This document shows positions 21,026 to 32,165 of a stretch of 64,000 nt of DNA, in pieces (position 1 is the stretch's first letter; each line of letters begins with the position of its first letter). A program made the position numbers and the translations under genes. The stretch is from NCBI GenBank assembly GCA_963745035.1, contig CAVUVW010000011.1, positions 160,001-224,000 on the forward strand. The letters are read 5' to 3'. The notes beneath the pieces are model-generated. The model saw only the letters and a list, made by a program, of their open reading frames with translations. It searched no databases and was not told the DNA's origin. This DNA comes from an uncultured delta proteobacterium. GTDB lineage: Bacteria > Desulfobacterota > Binatia > UBA9968.

Positions 21026-22270
21026 TCATCCCAAGACGTCGTTCCAGATGCTGGCGCGCCATGCGAGCGAATTCTGCGCGACGGCGACGCTTTTGCCCGG
21101 CGTGAGCTTCTGCTCGATCTGCACGACCTTGCCCTTGTCGATTTTGTACGCATTCACCACGGCGATGGCTTCTTTGTCGTTGACCCAACTATAGCAGGTG
21201 TTGCCGGGCGCCAGCACCGGCGGTTCCTTCCCTTTGAGCAGACTCACCACCGCAGTGGCGCTGATTTTTCCCATGGCATTGGCGATATTGCCGGACTTGG
21301 GCACGGGCAGCCCGATAGTCGCATCGCCGATGACGTGAATGTTTTTCTGCTTCACCGACTCATACGTGACGTGGTCGACTTCGCACCAGCGCTTGTCGGC
21401 GCCGACCAGATCGGCGTCCACCGCGATGCTGTTGGCGCGCTGCGGCGGAATCAGGTTGATGACATCGTAGTTCACTTTGTCGCCGATGTCGGTCGTGACT
21501 TCCCTAGCGCCGACATCGATTTTTTCGACCTTCTGCGCCGGGCGATACTCGAGGTTCGGATAGTCTTTGAATACCGCCTTGAAGAGCCCGGTCTTGGAAA
21601 CGATGTCCTTATTGGCATCGAGCACGATCAACTTCGACTTGGGCTTTTTGGTCTGCAAGAACCAGGCGATCATTGAAGCCCGCTCGTAAGGACCCGGCGG
21701 GCAACGGTAAGCCACCGGCGGTACGGTCATGACCACCACGCCGCCGTCGCTCATCGATTCGAGTTGTTTGGCGAGCTGCACCGTCTGCGGCCCGGCTTTC
21801 CAGGCGTGCAGTACCGTATCTTTAGCTTGCTCGAGGCCTTCGACTTGGTCCCAGAGAAAATCGATGCCAGGCGAAACGATCAGCCGATCGTAGGCGAGCG
21901 AATCCTTGCCGACGCGCACCTGCTTCTTGTCCGGATCGATGGCGCTCGCTGCTTCGTGGCGAATCCTCACGCCGTGTTTACGCAGGCCGTTGTAGTTCAT
22001 GGTTAGCGTTTTCAGATTCTCCACGCCGGCCACGACCAGATTGCTGAATGGGCAGGAAATGAATTCCTTATTCGGTTCAAGCAGGGTTACCTCAAGGCTG
22101 GAATCGTGCAGGCGCAAGTACTTGGCCGCCGACGCACCCCCCCAGCCTCCGCCAATGACGATCACTCTGCGCTTCGCTTCGGCGGCGAAGGCTGGAACAC
22201 CGCCGAGTCCAAGCAACGTCATGCTCGCGCCCGAGGCTTTTAGAAAGCCGCGCCGGCTGATCTGTCGCAT
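21026..22270 (-). CDS. fccB: Flavocytochrome c sulfide dehydrogenase flavoprotein chain (FccB/SoxF)
   Basis: Tat motif SRRGFLK, IGGGWGG, SCPFSN, HAWKAGPQT, YRCPPGPYERAS, IGDA, PKSG, NTCYS. Confidence 0.9.
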   Translation of the reverse strand: MRQISRRGFLKASGASMTLLGLGGVPAFAAEAKRRVIVIGGGWGGASAAKYLRLHDSSLEVTLLEPNKEFISCPFSNLVVAGVENLKTLTMNYNGLRKHGVRIRHEAASAIDPDKKQVRVGKDSLAYDRLIVSPGIDFLWDQVEGLEQAKDTVLHAWKAGPQTVQLAKQLESMSDGGVVVMTVPPVAYRCPPGPYERASMIAWFLQTKKPKSKLIVLDANKDIVSKTGLFKAVFKDYPNLEYRPAQKVEKIDVGAREVTTDIGDKVNYDVINLIPPQRANSIAVDADLVGADKRWCEVDHVTYESVKQKNIHVIGDATIGLPVPKSGNIANAMGKISATAVVSLLKGKEPPVLAPGNTCYSWVNDKEAIAVVNAYKIDKGKVVQIEQKLTPGKSVAVAQNSLAWRASIWNDVLG

Positions 22271-22425
22271 ACTACGCACCTCGCTGTTGCAGATGAAAAG
22301 TCGATGGAATTGCCCGTAGATACTCCTACCACGGGTCGCCTGTCAATAATTTTTGTCGCCGTGAATGCTTGCAAGCATGCAGATGTTGATTGCGCCTGAG
22401 GGATTGATTAGATTCACAAGCACAG

Positions 22426-22965
22426 ATGACAGACGATCCAGCCAAAATGTGCAGTGTTAAATTGTCGCGCCGCTTGTTTTTGAGACTGGCGGCAATGGTT
22501 GGCGCTCTTGGCGCAACTTGGCGGGAGTTTATTGAGCCAGGGGCCGCGTCTGCCCAAGGGCAGGGGCTCGGCTGGCCGCTTGCGGACGAGCCGGTGGAAG
22601 CAACGTTGAAGCGGCTGTTCGGCGATCGTAAGTTCAACTCGGGGGATGGCAGAATTAAAATGACCTTGCCCGCCATCGCCGAAGACGGCGGCAACGTGGC
22701 GATCTCGGTGGACGCCGACTTTCCCGTGACAGGCGCGCCGCGCGCGAATCATATTTATATTGTTTCCGATAAGAACCGCCGGCCGATGCTGGCGAAGTTT
22801 TCTCTCACGAGCGAGTCGGGCAGAGCGGCGGTCGCCACCAGCGTTCGCCTGGCAACGAGCACGGATGTGCGCGCCATCGTCGAGATGAGCGACGGGACGC
22901 TCTACGCGGTCAGTAAACCGGTGCGCGTGACGATCAGCGGCTGCGATCTACCGCCGTCCGGCTAA
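22426..22965 (+). CDS. soxY: Sulfur carrier protein SoxY with atypical C-terminus
   Basis: Tat SRRLFL, LPAIAEDGGNVAISV, DKNRRP, C-terminal VRVTISGC; followed by soxZ. Confidence 0.82.
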   Translation: MTDDPAKMCSVKLSRRLFLRLAAMVGALGATWREFIEPGAASAQGQGLGWPLADEPVEATLKRLFGDRKFNSGDGRIKMTLPAIAEDGGNVAISVDADFPVTGAPRANHIYIVSDKNRRPMLAKFSLTSESGRAAVATSVRLATSTDVRAIVEMSDGTLYAVSKPVRVTISGCDLPPSG

Positions 22966-22972
22966 TAACCGG

Positions 22973-23015
22973 GTTCAAAACGTTCAAGTTGTTCAAAATG
23001 TTCGAAACGTTCGGA
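22973..23015 (+). repeat. 9-nt periodic intergenic element between soxY and soxZ
   Basis: gttcaaaac gttcaagtt gttcaaaat gttcgaaac gttcgga. Confidence 0.75.
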
Positions 23016-23054
23016 CCGAACACGAGATTGATTTTTAGCCAACCGAGTTGAGCA

Positions 23055-23387
23055 ATGGCGGAAGTAGGAAGAGTCAGTATCCGACTGCCATCGTCGATCA
23101 AGCAGGGCGACGTGATTCGCGTGCGCACCCTGGTCATCCATCCGATGGAAATCGTGCAGCGTGATAAGCAGACAAAAATCATCCCTAAGAATTATCATTT
23201 CATTCACGCCATGACGGCGGCGTTCAACGGCAAGGAAATCATGCGCGCCGAGTTGACCCAGGGAGTGAGCCAGAATCCGAGCTTCACTTTTCCGCTGAAA
23301 GTCGATCGACCGGGAAAGCTAACCGTGACGTTCTCCGATACGACGGGCAAGGACTATACCGGGCAGGCGGAGGTGCGGTTGTCCTAA
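23055..23387 (+). CDS. soxZ: Sulfur oxidation protein SoxZ
   Basis: GDVIRVRTLVIHPME, IPKNYHFI, FNGKEI, GVSQNPSFTF. Confidence 0.88.
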   Translation: MAEVGRVSIRLPSSIKQGDVIRVRTLVIHPMEIVQRDKQTKIIPKNYHFIHAMTAAFNGKEIMRAELTQGVSQNPSFTFPLKVDRPGKLTVTFSDTTGKDYTGQAEVRLS

Positions 23388-23396
23388 GCTGTGATG

Positions 23397-23451
23397 GGGT
23401 CGAGGATGGAGGATGGTTTTTTCGATCTTCCATCCTCTATCCTCTATTTTC
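23397..23451. repeat. Heptamer-built palindrome (GAGGATG / CATCCTC)
   Basis: gtcgaggatggaggatgg ... ccatcctctatcctctatttt. Confidence 0.6.
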
Positions 23452-23487
23452 GGCGGATCTCGGTCAGCCGTGCTTGCAACCGTCGTC

Positions 23488-24699
23488 ATGACACCCCAAT
23501 CGCCGGCCTTTGGCTCCTTTCTCCACGAGCAATACGATAAAATATTTGGGCGCCCCTGGCCGGTCGTGCCGTCGGCGCTGGCGGTGGCGATGCTGAGCGT
23601 TTTTCTCTTTGCCTTCGACCGGCCGTGGACCGCGTCGGACGGTCTGCGCAATTGGGGTGATTGGTTTTTTCAGTCGCTCGGCGTCACGGCGCAAGCCGAT
23701 CTGTTGTCGCCGCATCTTTATTCCGGTTCGGTGCTGAATTTCGGCCTGCTCGCCGGCGGTTTGGCCACCGCGCTTCTGAGCCGGGAATTTGCCTTGCGCG
23801 CCGCGCCGCCCACCGAATTGCTCAAGGGCGCGCTTGGCGGCTTGCTCATGGGCTGCGGCGCGATGCTGGCATTCGGCTGCAATATCGGCGGCTTTTTTAG
23901 CGCGCTGGCGGCGCTCTCGGCGAGTGGCGCAGCGATGATGATCGGCTTGGCGCTCGGCGCCTTCGCCGGCACGCGCTATCTTATTCGCGAAAACGCAAAA
24001 GCGATCGAAGCCGGCAAGTTGCCGTTTCCGTCGGCTTGCGAAGCACCGCCGCGTCCGGCGCCGCTCGCCGCGGCTTTCACGCTGCAACCGTGCGCCGGCT
24101 TGTTCGTCTTTGCCGCTGTCTTGGCCGCGGGATTTGCATATCACCAATTGGGCCACACGCGGCTGGCGGTGTTTTTGTACTTCGGTCTTGCCTTCGGCGT
24201 CGTCCTTCAACGCTCGCGCTTTTGCCTGGTCCATGCCTTTCGCGAGCCGTTCATGAGCGGCGCCGGCGAGCACGCGCGCGCGGCGGCGCTGGCGCTTGCG
24301 CTCGCGATGATCGGCTTCGCGATTCTCAAGGCCACCGATTTGAAGGACGCATCCGAGTGGGTTTTCCCGGCGTTTTGGTTTGGCGCGTCGGTCGGTGGTT
24401 TTCTTTTCGGCATCGGCATGGTCTTGGCCGGTGGCTGCGGCGCCGGCTCGATCTGGCGCGCCGGCGAGGGCCACGTGAAGCTCTGGGTTGCGCTGCTTTT
24501 TTTTGCCGCGGGCGCATCGATCATGCGCCAGTCGCTGGCGCGCACAGATCTTATTCGGCAACTGGGCGATGCCATTTTTCTCCCCAACAATTTCGGCTGG
24601 CCCGGAGGGATATCGGCGGTGGCCGCGCTGATGATTATCTGGTATCTGCTAGCGGGATGGAACGAGCACAAAAAGCAGGCTGGAGTCCTGCGATTCTAA
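23488..24699 (+). CDS. YeeE/YedE family thiosulfate/sulfur transporter
   Basis: LAFGCNIGGFFS, LQRSRFC, LFGIGMVLAGGCGAG; multi-TM. Confidence 0.9.
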   Translation: MTPQSPAFGSFLHEQYDKIFGRPWPVVPSALAVAMLSVFLFAFDRPWTASDGLRNWGDWFFQSLGVTAQADLLSPHLYSGSVLNFGLLAGGLATALLSREFALRAAPPTELLKGALGGLLMGCGAMLAFGCNIGGFFSALAALSASGAAMMIGLALGAFAGTRYLIRENAKAIEAGKLPFPSACEAPPRPAPLAAAFTLQPCAGLFVFAAVLAAGFAYHQLGHTRLAVFLYFGLAFGVVLQRSRFCLVHAFREPFMSGAGEHARAAALALALAMIGFAILKATDLKDASEWVFPAFWFGASVGGFLFGIGMVLAGGCGAGSIWRAGEGHVKLWVALLFFAAGASIMRQSLARTDLIRQLGDAIFLPNNFGWPGGISAVAALMIIWYLLAGWNEHKKQAGVLRF

Positions 24700-24717
24700 A
24701 CCGGATGTGAAATACTC

Positions 24718-25401
<684 letters not shown>

Positions 25402-25482
25402 TTGTTTGGAGAGCGGGTTTCAACCCGCTTGGCGGAAAGGAAAGTCCGCCTCGCGCGATGTCGCCCCTGTTGGAGAAACGCG

Positions 25483-25971
25483 GTGTACCCAACCAACGAA
25501 ATCGAAGCACTCGAGGCGCTCAGGGGCGATGACGCCGAGCTCGCGGCTACGGCAGAGGCGATTCTTTGGCGTGTCTGGTGCCGCTCGGACGATCCGGAGA
25601 CCGACCGGCTGTTTCGCGCCGGCGTCGACGCGATGCAGCAGAATCGCTTGGCGGACGCGGAAGATCTCTTTGCCCGCGTGATCGCCATGACTCCCGGTTT
25701 CGCCGAAGGCTGGAACAAGCGCGCGACGGTGCGCTATATGCGACATGACTTCACCGCGGCGGTGGCCGATTGCCGCGAGACTCTCGCGCGCAATCCGCAT
25801 CATTTCGGCGCGGCCTCAGGGCAAGGCCTTTGCCACATGTCGTTGAACCAGTTCCGCGAGGCGGCGGTGTGCTTTCGCCGGGCGCTGGAAATTCATCCGC
25901 ATCTAGATGCCGTGCGTCATAATCTCGCGATGGCGGAGGCCGAGGGCGGCGGCAGCGGGTATCTGCACTAA
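25483..25971 (+). CDS. TPR-repeat protein
   Basis: PGFAEGWNKRATVRY, NPHHFGAASGQG, RALEIHP; GTG start after GGAG. Confidence 0.85.
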   Translation: MYPTNEIEALEALRGDDAELAATAEAILWRVWCRSDDPETDRLFRAGVDAMQQNRLADAEDLFARVIAMTPGFAEGWNKRATVRYMRHDFTAAVADCRETLARNPHHFGAASGQGLCHMSLNQFREAAVCFRRALEIHPHLDAVRHNLAMAEAEGGGSGYLH

Positions 25972-25980
25972 TAAAGATAA

Positions 25981-26025
25981 CGTTCAAAACGTTCCAGCCG
26001 TTCCAATCGTTCAAGCCGTTTCGGA
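25981..26025 (+). repeat. 9-nt periodic intergenic element
   Basis: cgttcaaaa cgttccagc cgttccaat cgttcaagc cgtttcgga. Confidence 0.75.
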
Positions 26026-26263
26026 TATCCTTCCGTTAAGATTCATGCTGAGAGAAGAGGCTTTCGACCCCAGCCTTGCATTGACCATTTGACTTTCACA
26101 CTACTAGCCACGTTCGCGCGCGTTCAGCGCGGCCGTGCAAGTTTCCGCTCGGTTCATTTTTTCCCTCTGGCATTTGACAGCCAGGAAGTTCATCAGGTAG
26201 GCTGCGCGCCAAAAGAAGGCAGCCGATGATCCAATGATTAAGTGCAACGGAGGAGGCACAGGT

Positions 26264-27715
26264 ATGTTGAAGAAGTTTGCTCTCGCGGTCGTGCTGGTGA
26301 GCGTGTGCGGTCCAAGGGCGACCGCGTCGGGCTCCGATCTACAACAGATTGCCGACGCTCTGGATGTCTCGACAACCAAGACGTTTCAGTTCACGGGAAA
26401 TGGTCGAATGTTTTCAGTGGGCCAGAGCCGCGAGCCCCGTGGCGGCCTTTCCCCGGTATTATGTGAAGAGTTTGACGCGAATCTATGATTTCACGGCCGG
26501 CGCCATGCGCGATGAAATGGTGCGCACGCAAGGTGAAGTGCCGCCGCTCGGCGGCGGCGGGCAGCCCATCGAAGGTGATCAGAGCACGGTGTCATTGGTG
26601 CACGGCGATCACGCCTGGAACGACCGGCAAAGTTGCGGCGCCGCGAGTCTGGGAAGCTTCGGACCGCGCGCATCAGATTGTGATCTCGCCGCATGGTGTC
26701 GTGCGCGGCGCTTTCGCCAACAAAGCTGCGGTCAGTAAAAAGAACATCGACGGCCGTTCGATGACGGTGATTACTTTCAGTGACAACAAGCAGAAGGTGA
26801 TCGCCTACGCCAACGACCAAAACGCCATCGAGACAGTCGAGTCCTGGTATGGCCATCCGGTCGCTGGCGATATGAAGGTCGTGACTCACTATGGCCCGTA
26901 CCGGGATTTCGCCGGCGTCAAATTCCCGAGCAAAATAGTTCAATACCAGGAAGGTAACGTGACTTTGGACCTGACCGTCACTGCGGTCAGGGCCAATCCG
27001 CCGCTGGCGGTCGAAGTCCCGCGAAGACGTCCGCACCAACCCGGCCGCCGGTAAAATCCGAGAAGGCGGCCGAGGGAGTTTGGTACATCACCGGCGGCTC
27101 GCATCACAGCGCGCTGATCGAGATGAAAGATTACCTGATCGTCGTCGAAGGGCCGCAGGGCGACCCGCGGTCGATGGCGGTCATGGCCGAAGCCAAAAAA
27201 CTCGTGCCCAACAAGCCGATCAAATATCTCGTCAATACGCACCATCATTTCGATCATTCCTCCGGCGTGCGCGGCTTACGCCGCGGAAGGCGTGACGATC
27301 GTCACCCATGAGCTGAACCGCCCTTACTTCGAGCGCGCGGCCCTCAATTCCTGGAATTATGGACCCGACCGTCTGGCCAAGTCGAAGAAGAAACCAGTGT
27401 TCCAGACGATGGGCGACAACATGGTGCTCACCGACGGAACGCGATCGGTGGAGCTTTACCAGATGGTCGGCAACGCTCATCATGACGGTTTGATCATGGC
27501 TTACCTGCGCAAAGAAAGACTCTTGATCGAAGCGGACGCCTATACGCCCGGGCGCGGCGCCAAAGACGCCGGATCCTTTCAGCGTCAATTTAGAAGCCAA
27601 CGTTCGACGTCTGGGTCTCGACGTCGAGCGCATCCTGCCCTTGCATGGCATGATCGTTCCTTATGGCGAGTTGATGAAGGCGATCGGCAAAGGGCCGGCG
27701 GCGAAAAAGGAGTAG
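26264..27715 (+). CDS. Secreted MBL-fold metallo-hydrolase, copy 1 (several frameshifts)
   Basis: RBS ggaggagg, signal peptide; stitched ORFs give YRDFAGVKFP, KPIKYLVNTHHHFDH, HHDG, LLIEAD; stop TAG 27713-27715. Confidence 0.8.
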
Positions 27716-27834
27716 GGATGTCCCTAGCGCGAGCGTGCCTGTGGCACTTGCGCTTTTTCGAACGGCGAAACGTGGGAAGCAGCGGGTGGCCTGTTCTCGA
27801 GCTTGAATCGACTGAAAAACAGGGGGGCCAAGGT

Positions 27835-29280
27835 ATGATGAAGCGAGTTGTTGTGGCGCTGGCGCTGTGCGCGCTCATGGGCTCTAACGCCAAGCGCAGG
27901 AAACCGACCTTCAGCGTATCGCCGATGCGCTGGATGTATCCACGACCAAGACGTTTCAGTTCACCGCCAACGGCACCATGTATAACCTCGGCCAGAACGT
28001 CCAGCCCGGCCGCGCCGTGGCCCAGGTTTTTTGTCAAGAGTTTCACGCGGGTTTACGATTTCACTGCGCGGAGCGATGCGCGATCAAGTGGTGCGCATGA
28101 CGCGCCGAAGGCCCGACCGTCGGACCTGAGCAGCAAGTTAACATCGCAGTCAGCGGCGATCACGCCTGGAACGTGGCGGGCAAGGATATGCTGCCGAGGC
28201 TTTTCGAAGCCCCTCAGCGGGCGCACGAGATCGTGATCTCGCCTCACGGCTTGCTCCGCGCCGCATTTGCCAATAGCGCCGCCGTTACCAAGAAGACGAT
28301 CGAAGGACGGCCGATGACGGTTATTTCATTTACCGACCGAGGCAAACACAAGGTGGTCGCCTACGTGAATGAGCAGAACGCCATCGAGCGAGTCGAATTC
28401 GTCCTACGGCCACCCGATCGTCGGCGACATGAAGGTTGTGACTTACTACGGTCCTTATCGCGATTTTGCCGGCGTCAAGTTTCCGACCAAGATCATTCAG
28501 TACCAGGATGATAAGCCGACATTGGATTTGACGGTGACCGCCGTCAGAGCCAATCCGCCGGCGGATATCGAGGTCCCCGCCCATGTTCGAAATGAACCCG
28601 TGCCGGTGAAATCGGAAAAGGTGGCGGACGGGGTGTGGTACATCACCGGCGTTAACAACAACAGCGCCCTGATCGAGATGAAGGACTATCTCATTGTGGT
28701 CGAGGCGCCTCACGGGGAGCCGCGTTCTCTGGCTGTCTTAGGCGAAGTAAAGAAGTTAGTGCCGAGCAAGCCGATCAAGTATTTAGTTAACACGCACCAT
28801 CATTTCGACCACGCTTCCGGTGTCCGTACCTACGCGGCTGAGGGCGTTACCATCGTAACCCACGAAGTTAATCGGCCCTATTTCGAGCGGGCGGCGTTGA
28901 ACTCCTGGACATTGGCGCCTGATCGCTTGGCCAAATCGAAAAAGAAACCAGTGTTTCAAACCATGGGCGACAACATGGTGTTGACCGATGGCACGCGCTC
29001 GGTGGAACTTTATCAGATCGTCGGTAATCCGCATCACGATGGCATCATCATGGCTTACTTGCGCAAAGAAAAACTGCTCATCGAAGCCGATGTGTATACG
29101 CCGCTCGCACCTGGAGCCGAGCCGCCCAAGGTTCCCAATCCACAAGCGGTCAATCTGGAGTCCAACGTTCGACGCCTCGGCCTCGACGTCGACCGGATCG
29201 TATCGGTCCACGGCAGGGTCGTTCCTTATAGCGAGCTGCTCTCGACCATCGGCAAGAAGCCAGCGCCGGCCAAAAACTAA
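27835..29280 (+). CDS. Secreted MBL-fold metallo-hydrolase, copy 2 (frameshifted 5' half)
   Basis: Paralog of copy 1; THHHFDH, HHDG, SVHG. Confidence 0.83.
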
Positions 29281-29290
29281 GTTACCATCT

Positions 29291-29316
29291 GCGGGCGCGC
29301 GCTCTGCGCGCCCGCT
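29291..29316. terminator. GC-rich hairpin after MBL copy 2 (terminator or REP-like)
   Basis: gcgggcgcgc-tct-gcgcgcccgc; no clear U-tract. Confidence 0.45.
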
Positions 29317-29467
29317 ATCGGAAGTTCGCACACCCGCTTATTGGAGCGAGGTTCTTTCTCCAATGCTCCAATCGCTCCGCTGTTTCATTGCGCGATGAGT
29401 ACACCTCTTGCCCCACCCAGGCGGTACGATCTAAGATGGCGCGATTCAAAACGAGGCTCTGCAAATT

Positions 29468-30511
29468 GTGAGATCAAAAGCAATTCAAGCGTTAGCTCTT
29501 CTGCTCCTTAGTCTGGCGGCCACAGGGCCGGTTTGGGGACAGGCATCGTTCTATCAGGGAAAGACGATCCGCATCGTCGTCGGCTATCAATCCGGCGACA
29601 CCCACGATCTATGGGCGCGCGCCTATGCGCGCCACATGGGAAAACATATTCCCGGCAATCCGACGTTTGTTGTGCAGAATATGCCGGGGGCCGGCTCCAT
29701 GGTGGCGGCCAATCACGTTTACAACATCGCCAAGCCGGATGGCCTCACTTTGGGCTCCATTGCACCCGGACTTTATCTGCCGCAGATCACGGGCAGCAAC
29801 GAAGTGAAATTCGATTGGGCGAAGTATTCCTGGATCGGCACTCCCGAGCATAACGGAACGCTATTGTTCATGCGCTCGGATGCGCCGTTCAAGTCGATCG
29901 AGGATATTCGCAAAGCGAAAGACGGACCGAAGTGTTCCGCCACCGGCGTCGGCACGAGCGGGCACTTGATACCGCGCCTGCTCGAGGAGACGCTCAATCT
30001 CAAGTTTCAAATCGTCACGGGTTATCCGGGCGGGGCGGAGCAGGATCTCGCCCTGGAGCGCGGCGAAGTGCAGTGCCGCGCGATCACCGTGGCCGCCTTC
30101 TTCGGCCGGCAGCCGTTTCTGAACTGGCACAAGAGCGGCTTCGTGCGCATCATGATTCAAACTTCGCGAAAGCGTCATGGGAAGATTCCCGAAGTGCCGA
30201 CGCTCTGGGAATACATGGAAAAAGACAAACTGCCTGACGCCAATCGCCGCCTCGCCGTGGTTGCTCTGGGCGCGGGCGGTTTCGGTTCGTGGCCGATTGT
30301 CTCCACGCCCAGCTTGCCGCCGGATCGCCTGAAAATTCTGCGCGATGCGTACGCCAAGACGCTGCAGGAGCCCGACTTGCTCGAAGAGGCCAAGAAACGG
30401 GGCTGGGAATTGCGTCCGGTGAGCGGCGAAGATCTAGCAGGACTCGCCCAGGAAGTGAGCCGGCAGCCCGCCGACGTGGTGGAGCGGCTAAAAAAATTGC
30501 TGGGATCTTGA
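29468..30511 (+). CDS. Bug/TctC family tripartite tricarboxylate transporter substrate-binding protein
   Basis: FYQGKTIRIVVG, HIPGNP, VQNMPGAG, KPDGLTLG, VTGYPGG, ALERGEV, VPTL. Confidence 0.92.
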   Translation: MRSKAIQALALLLLSLAATGPVWGQASFYQGKTIRIVVGYQSGDTHDLWARAYARHMGKHIPGNPTFVVQNMPGAGSMVAANHVYNIAKPDGLTLGSIAPGLYLPQITGSNEVKFDWAKYSWIGTPEHNGTLLFMRSDAPFKSIEDIRKAKDGPKCSATGVGTSGHLIPRLLEETLNLKFQIVTGYPGGAEQDLALERGEVQCRAITVAAFFGRQPFLNWHKSGFVRIMIQTSRKRHGKIPEVPTLWEYMEKDKLPDANRRLAVVALGAGGFGSWPIVSTPSLPPDRLKILRDAYAKTLQEPDLLEEAKKRGWELRPVSGEDLAGLAQEVSRQPADVVERLKKLLGS

Positions 30512-30568
30512 AGAAGGCAATAGGCAACAGGCAACAGGCGTGAGTCGGATTCTGGATTCGAGGGGGCA

Positions 30569-31597
30569 ATGAGAAAATTGCTAATCAGTTTCGCGGTAAT
30601 TCTCCTCTCGGTCGCCGGCGCGCAGGCGCAGGCGCCGTTTTACCAAGGCAAGACGATCACGATCATCGTCGGTTATCTTTCCGGCGACGGTTACGACATT
30701 TGGGCGCGACTGTTGGCCGCGCACATGGGCAAGCATATTCCCGGCAATCCGGCGGTCATCGTGCAGAATATGCCCGGCGCGGGATCGATGATCGCCGCCA
30801 ATCATGTTTACAACGTCGCCAAGCCGGACGGTTTGACTCTCGGATCCATCGGACCTTCGCTCTATCTCGACCAAGTCGTCGGCAAAAAGGAAGTGCAATT
30901 CGATTGGGCGAAATTTGGCTGGGTCGGATCAACCGAGAGCACGCCGTGGCTTTTCTACATGAACACCAACACGCCGTTTAAATCCATCGAGGACGTGCGC
31001 AAAGCCAAGGAAGCGCCGAAGTGTTCGGCCACCAGCACGGGCACGAGCGGCCACTTTATTCCCAAACTGCTGGAAGATGCCATGGGCGCGAAATTTACCG
31101 TAGTGATGGGCTACAAGGGCGGCGCCGAGCAGGACCTCGCGTTCGAGCGCGGCGAGGTCGTGTGCCGGGCGCTCAGCATCCCGACCTTCTTCGCACGCGA
31201 GCCGTTTACCACGTGGCGGAAGGAAAATCGGGTGCGCATTCTGATGCAAACCGGGCGCAAGCGCGACGCGAAAATGCCAGATGTGCCGACCATCCATGAG
31301 CTGATGAACGAGTACAAGACGCCGGCGAACACGCGCGCCCTGGTCTCGGCTGTATTGGCTTCAGGCGATATCGGCCGGCCGTTCATCGCGCCGCCGGGCC
31401 TGCCGGCCGATCGAATGAACGTTCTGCGCGATGGTTTCAAGAAGACGATGAGCGACCCTGGTTTTCTCGCCGAAGTAAAGGCGCGAAAGTTTGTGGCCGA
31501 TCCGGAGTACGGCGAGGAACTCGAAAAACTCGCCAAAGAAATCGTTGCCCAGCCGCGCGAGATCGCCGAACTCATGAAAAAGTTACTGACCGAATGA
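30569..31597 (+). CDS. Bug/TctC family substrate-binding protein (tandem paralog)
   Basis: Same motifs as the previous gene; GRPFIAPPG. Confidence 0.92.
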   Translation: MRKLLISFAVILLSVAGAQAQAPFYQGKTITIIVGYLSGDGYDIWARLLAAHMGKHIPGNPAVIVQNMPGAGSMIAANHVYNVAKPDGLTLGSIGPSLYLDQVVGKKEVQFDWAKFGWVGSTESTPWLFYMNTNTPFKSIEDVRKAKEAPKCSATSTGTSGHFIPKLLEDAMGAKFTVVMGYKGGAEQDLAFERGEVVCRALSIPTFFAREPFTTWRKENRVRILMQTGRKRDAKMPDVPTIHELMNEYKTPANTRALVSAVLASGDIGRPFIAPPGLPADRMNVLRDGFKKTMSDPGFLAEVKARKFVADPEYGEELEKLAKEIVAQPREIAELMKKLLTE

Positions 31598-31645
31598 TCC
31601 TTCGCAGCCGAGAAAATTTAGACAGTTCGGCGAGACACTAAACCG

Positions 31646-32152
31646 ATGGCGGCAATAAAATGCCCAAAGTGCGCCCGCGACTTTGTCCGGCGTGTTTCGC
31701 GCGCCGGTCTAGAGAAATTCCTCAGTCTCTTTTACGTCTACCCGTTTAGGTGCCAACTCTGCTCCGAGCGCTTCCGAGCTTTCCAGCCCGGCGTCCGATA
31801 CCGCAGAGTTGCGGAAGATCGTCGTGAATACCAACGCATGGAAATGAAATTTCCGGTCACGATCACCGGACCGGACGGTGTCCAGACCCCAGGAATGCTG
31901 CTCAACCTTTCCATGGGTGGATGCAGTGTTGCCACGGATGCAGATCTTGCCGCTGGCATGATAGTGAAAATCGAGCTGGCAATCACGGGCATGACCCGGC
32001 CGGTGATGGTCGAAGCGGCTCTCGTGCGTGCTATCAACGTGGGGATTGCTGGCATGGAGTTTCTCCGCTGGCAGGAGAAAGAGCGTGAGCGTTTACAACT
32101 TTTTATCAGAGGCCTGCTGATCCAAAGTGACTCGGATTGGAACCGCCCTTAA
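31646..32152 (+). CDS. PilZ-domain protein with N-terminal Zn ribbon
   Basis: CPKC...CQLC then DRREYQR (RxxxR) and NLSMGG (D/NxSxxG). Confidence 0.85.
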   Translation: MAAIKCPKCARDFVRRVSRAGLEKFLSLFYVYPFRCQLCSERFRAFQPGVRYRRVAEDRREYQRMEMKFPVTITGPDGVQTPGMLLNLSMGGCSVATDADLAAGMIVKIELAITGMTRPVMVEAALVRAINVGIAGMEFLRWQEKERERLQLFIRGLLIQSDSDWNRP

Positions 32153-32165
32153 ACGACCGTAAACG

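Noticed and set aside
20804-24561. Long opposite-strand ORFs such as 20804-21676 (+) and 23464-24561 (-)
   Set aside because: They overlap well-supported genes and carry no recognisable motifs.
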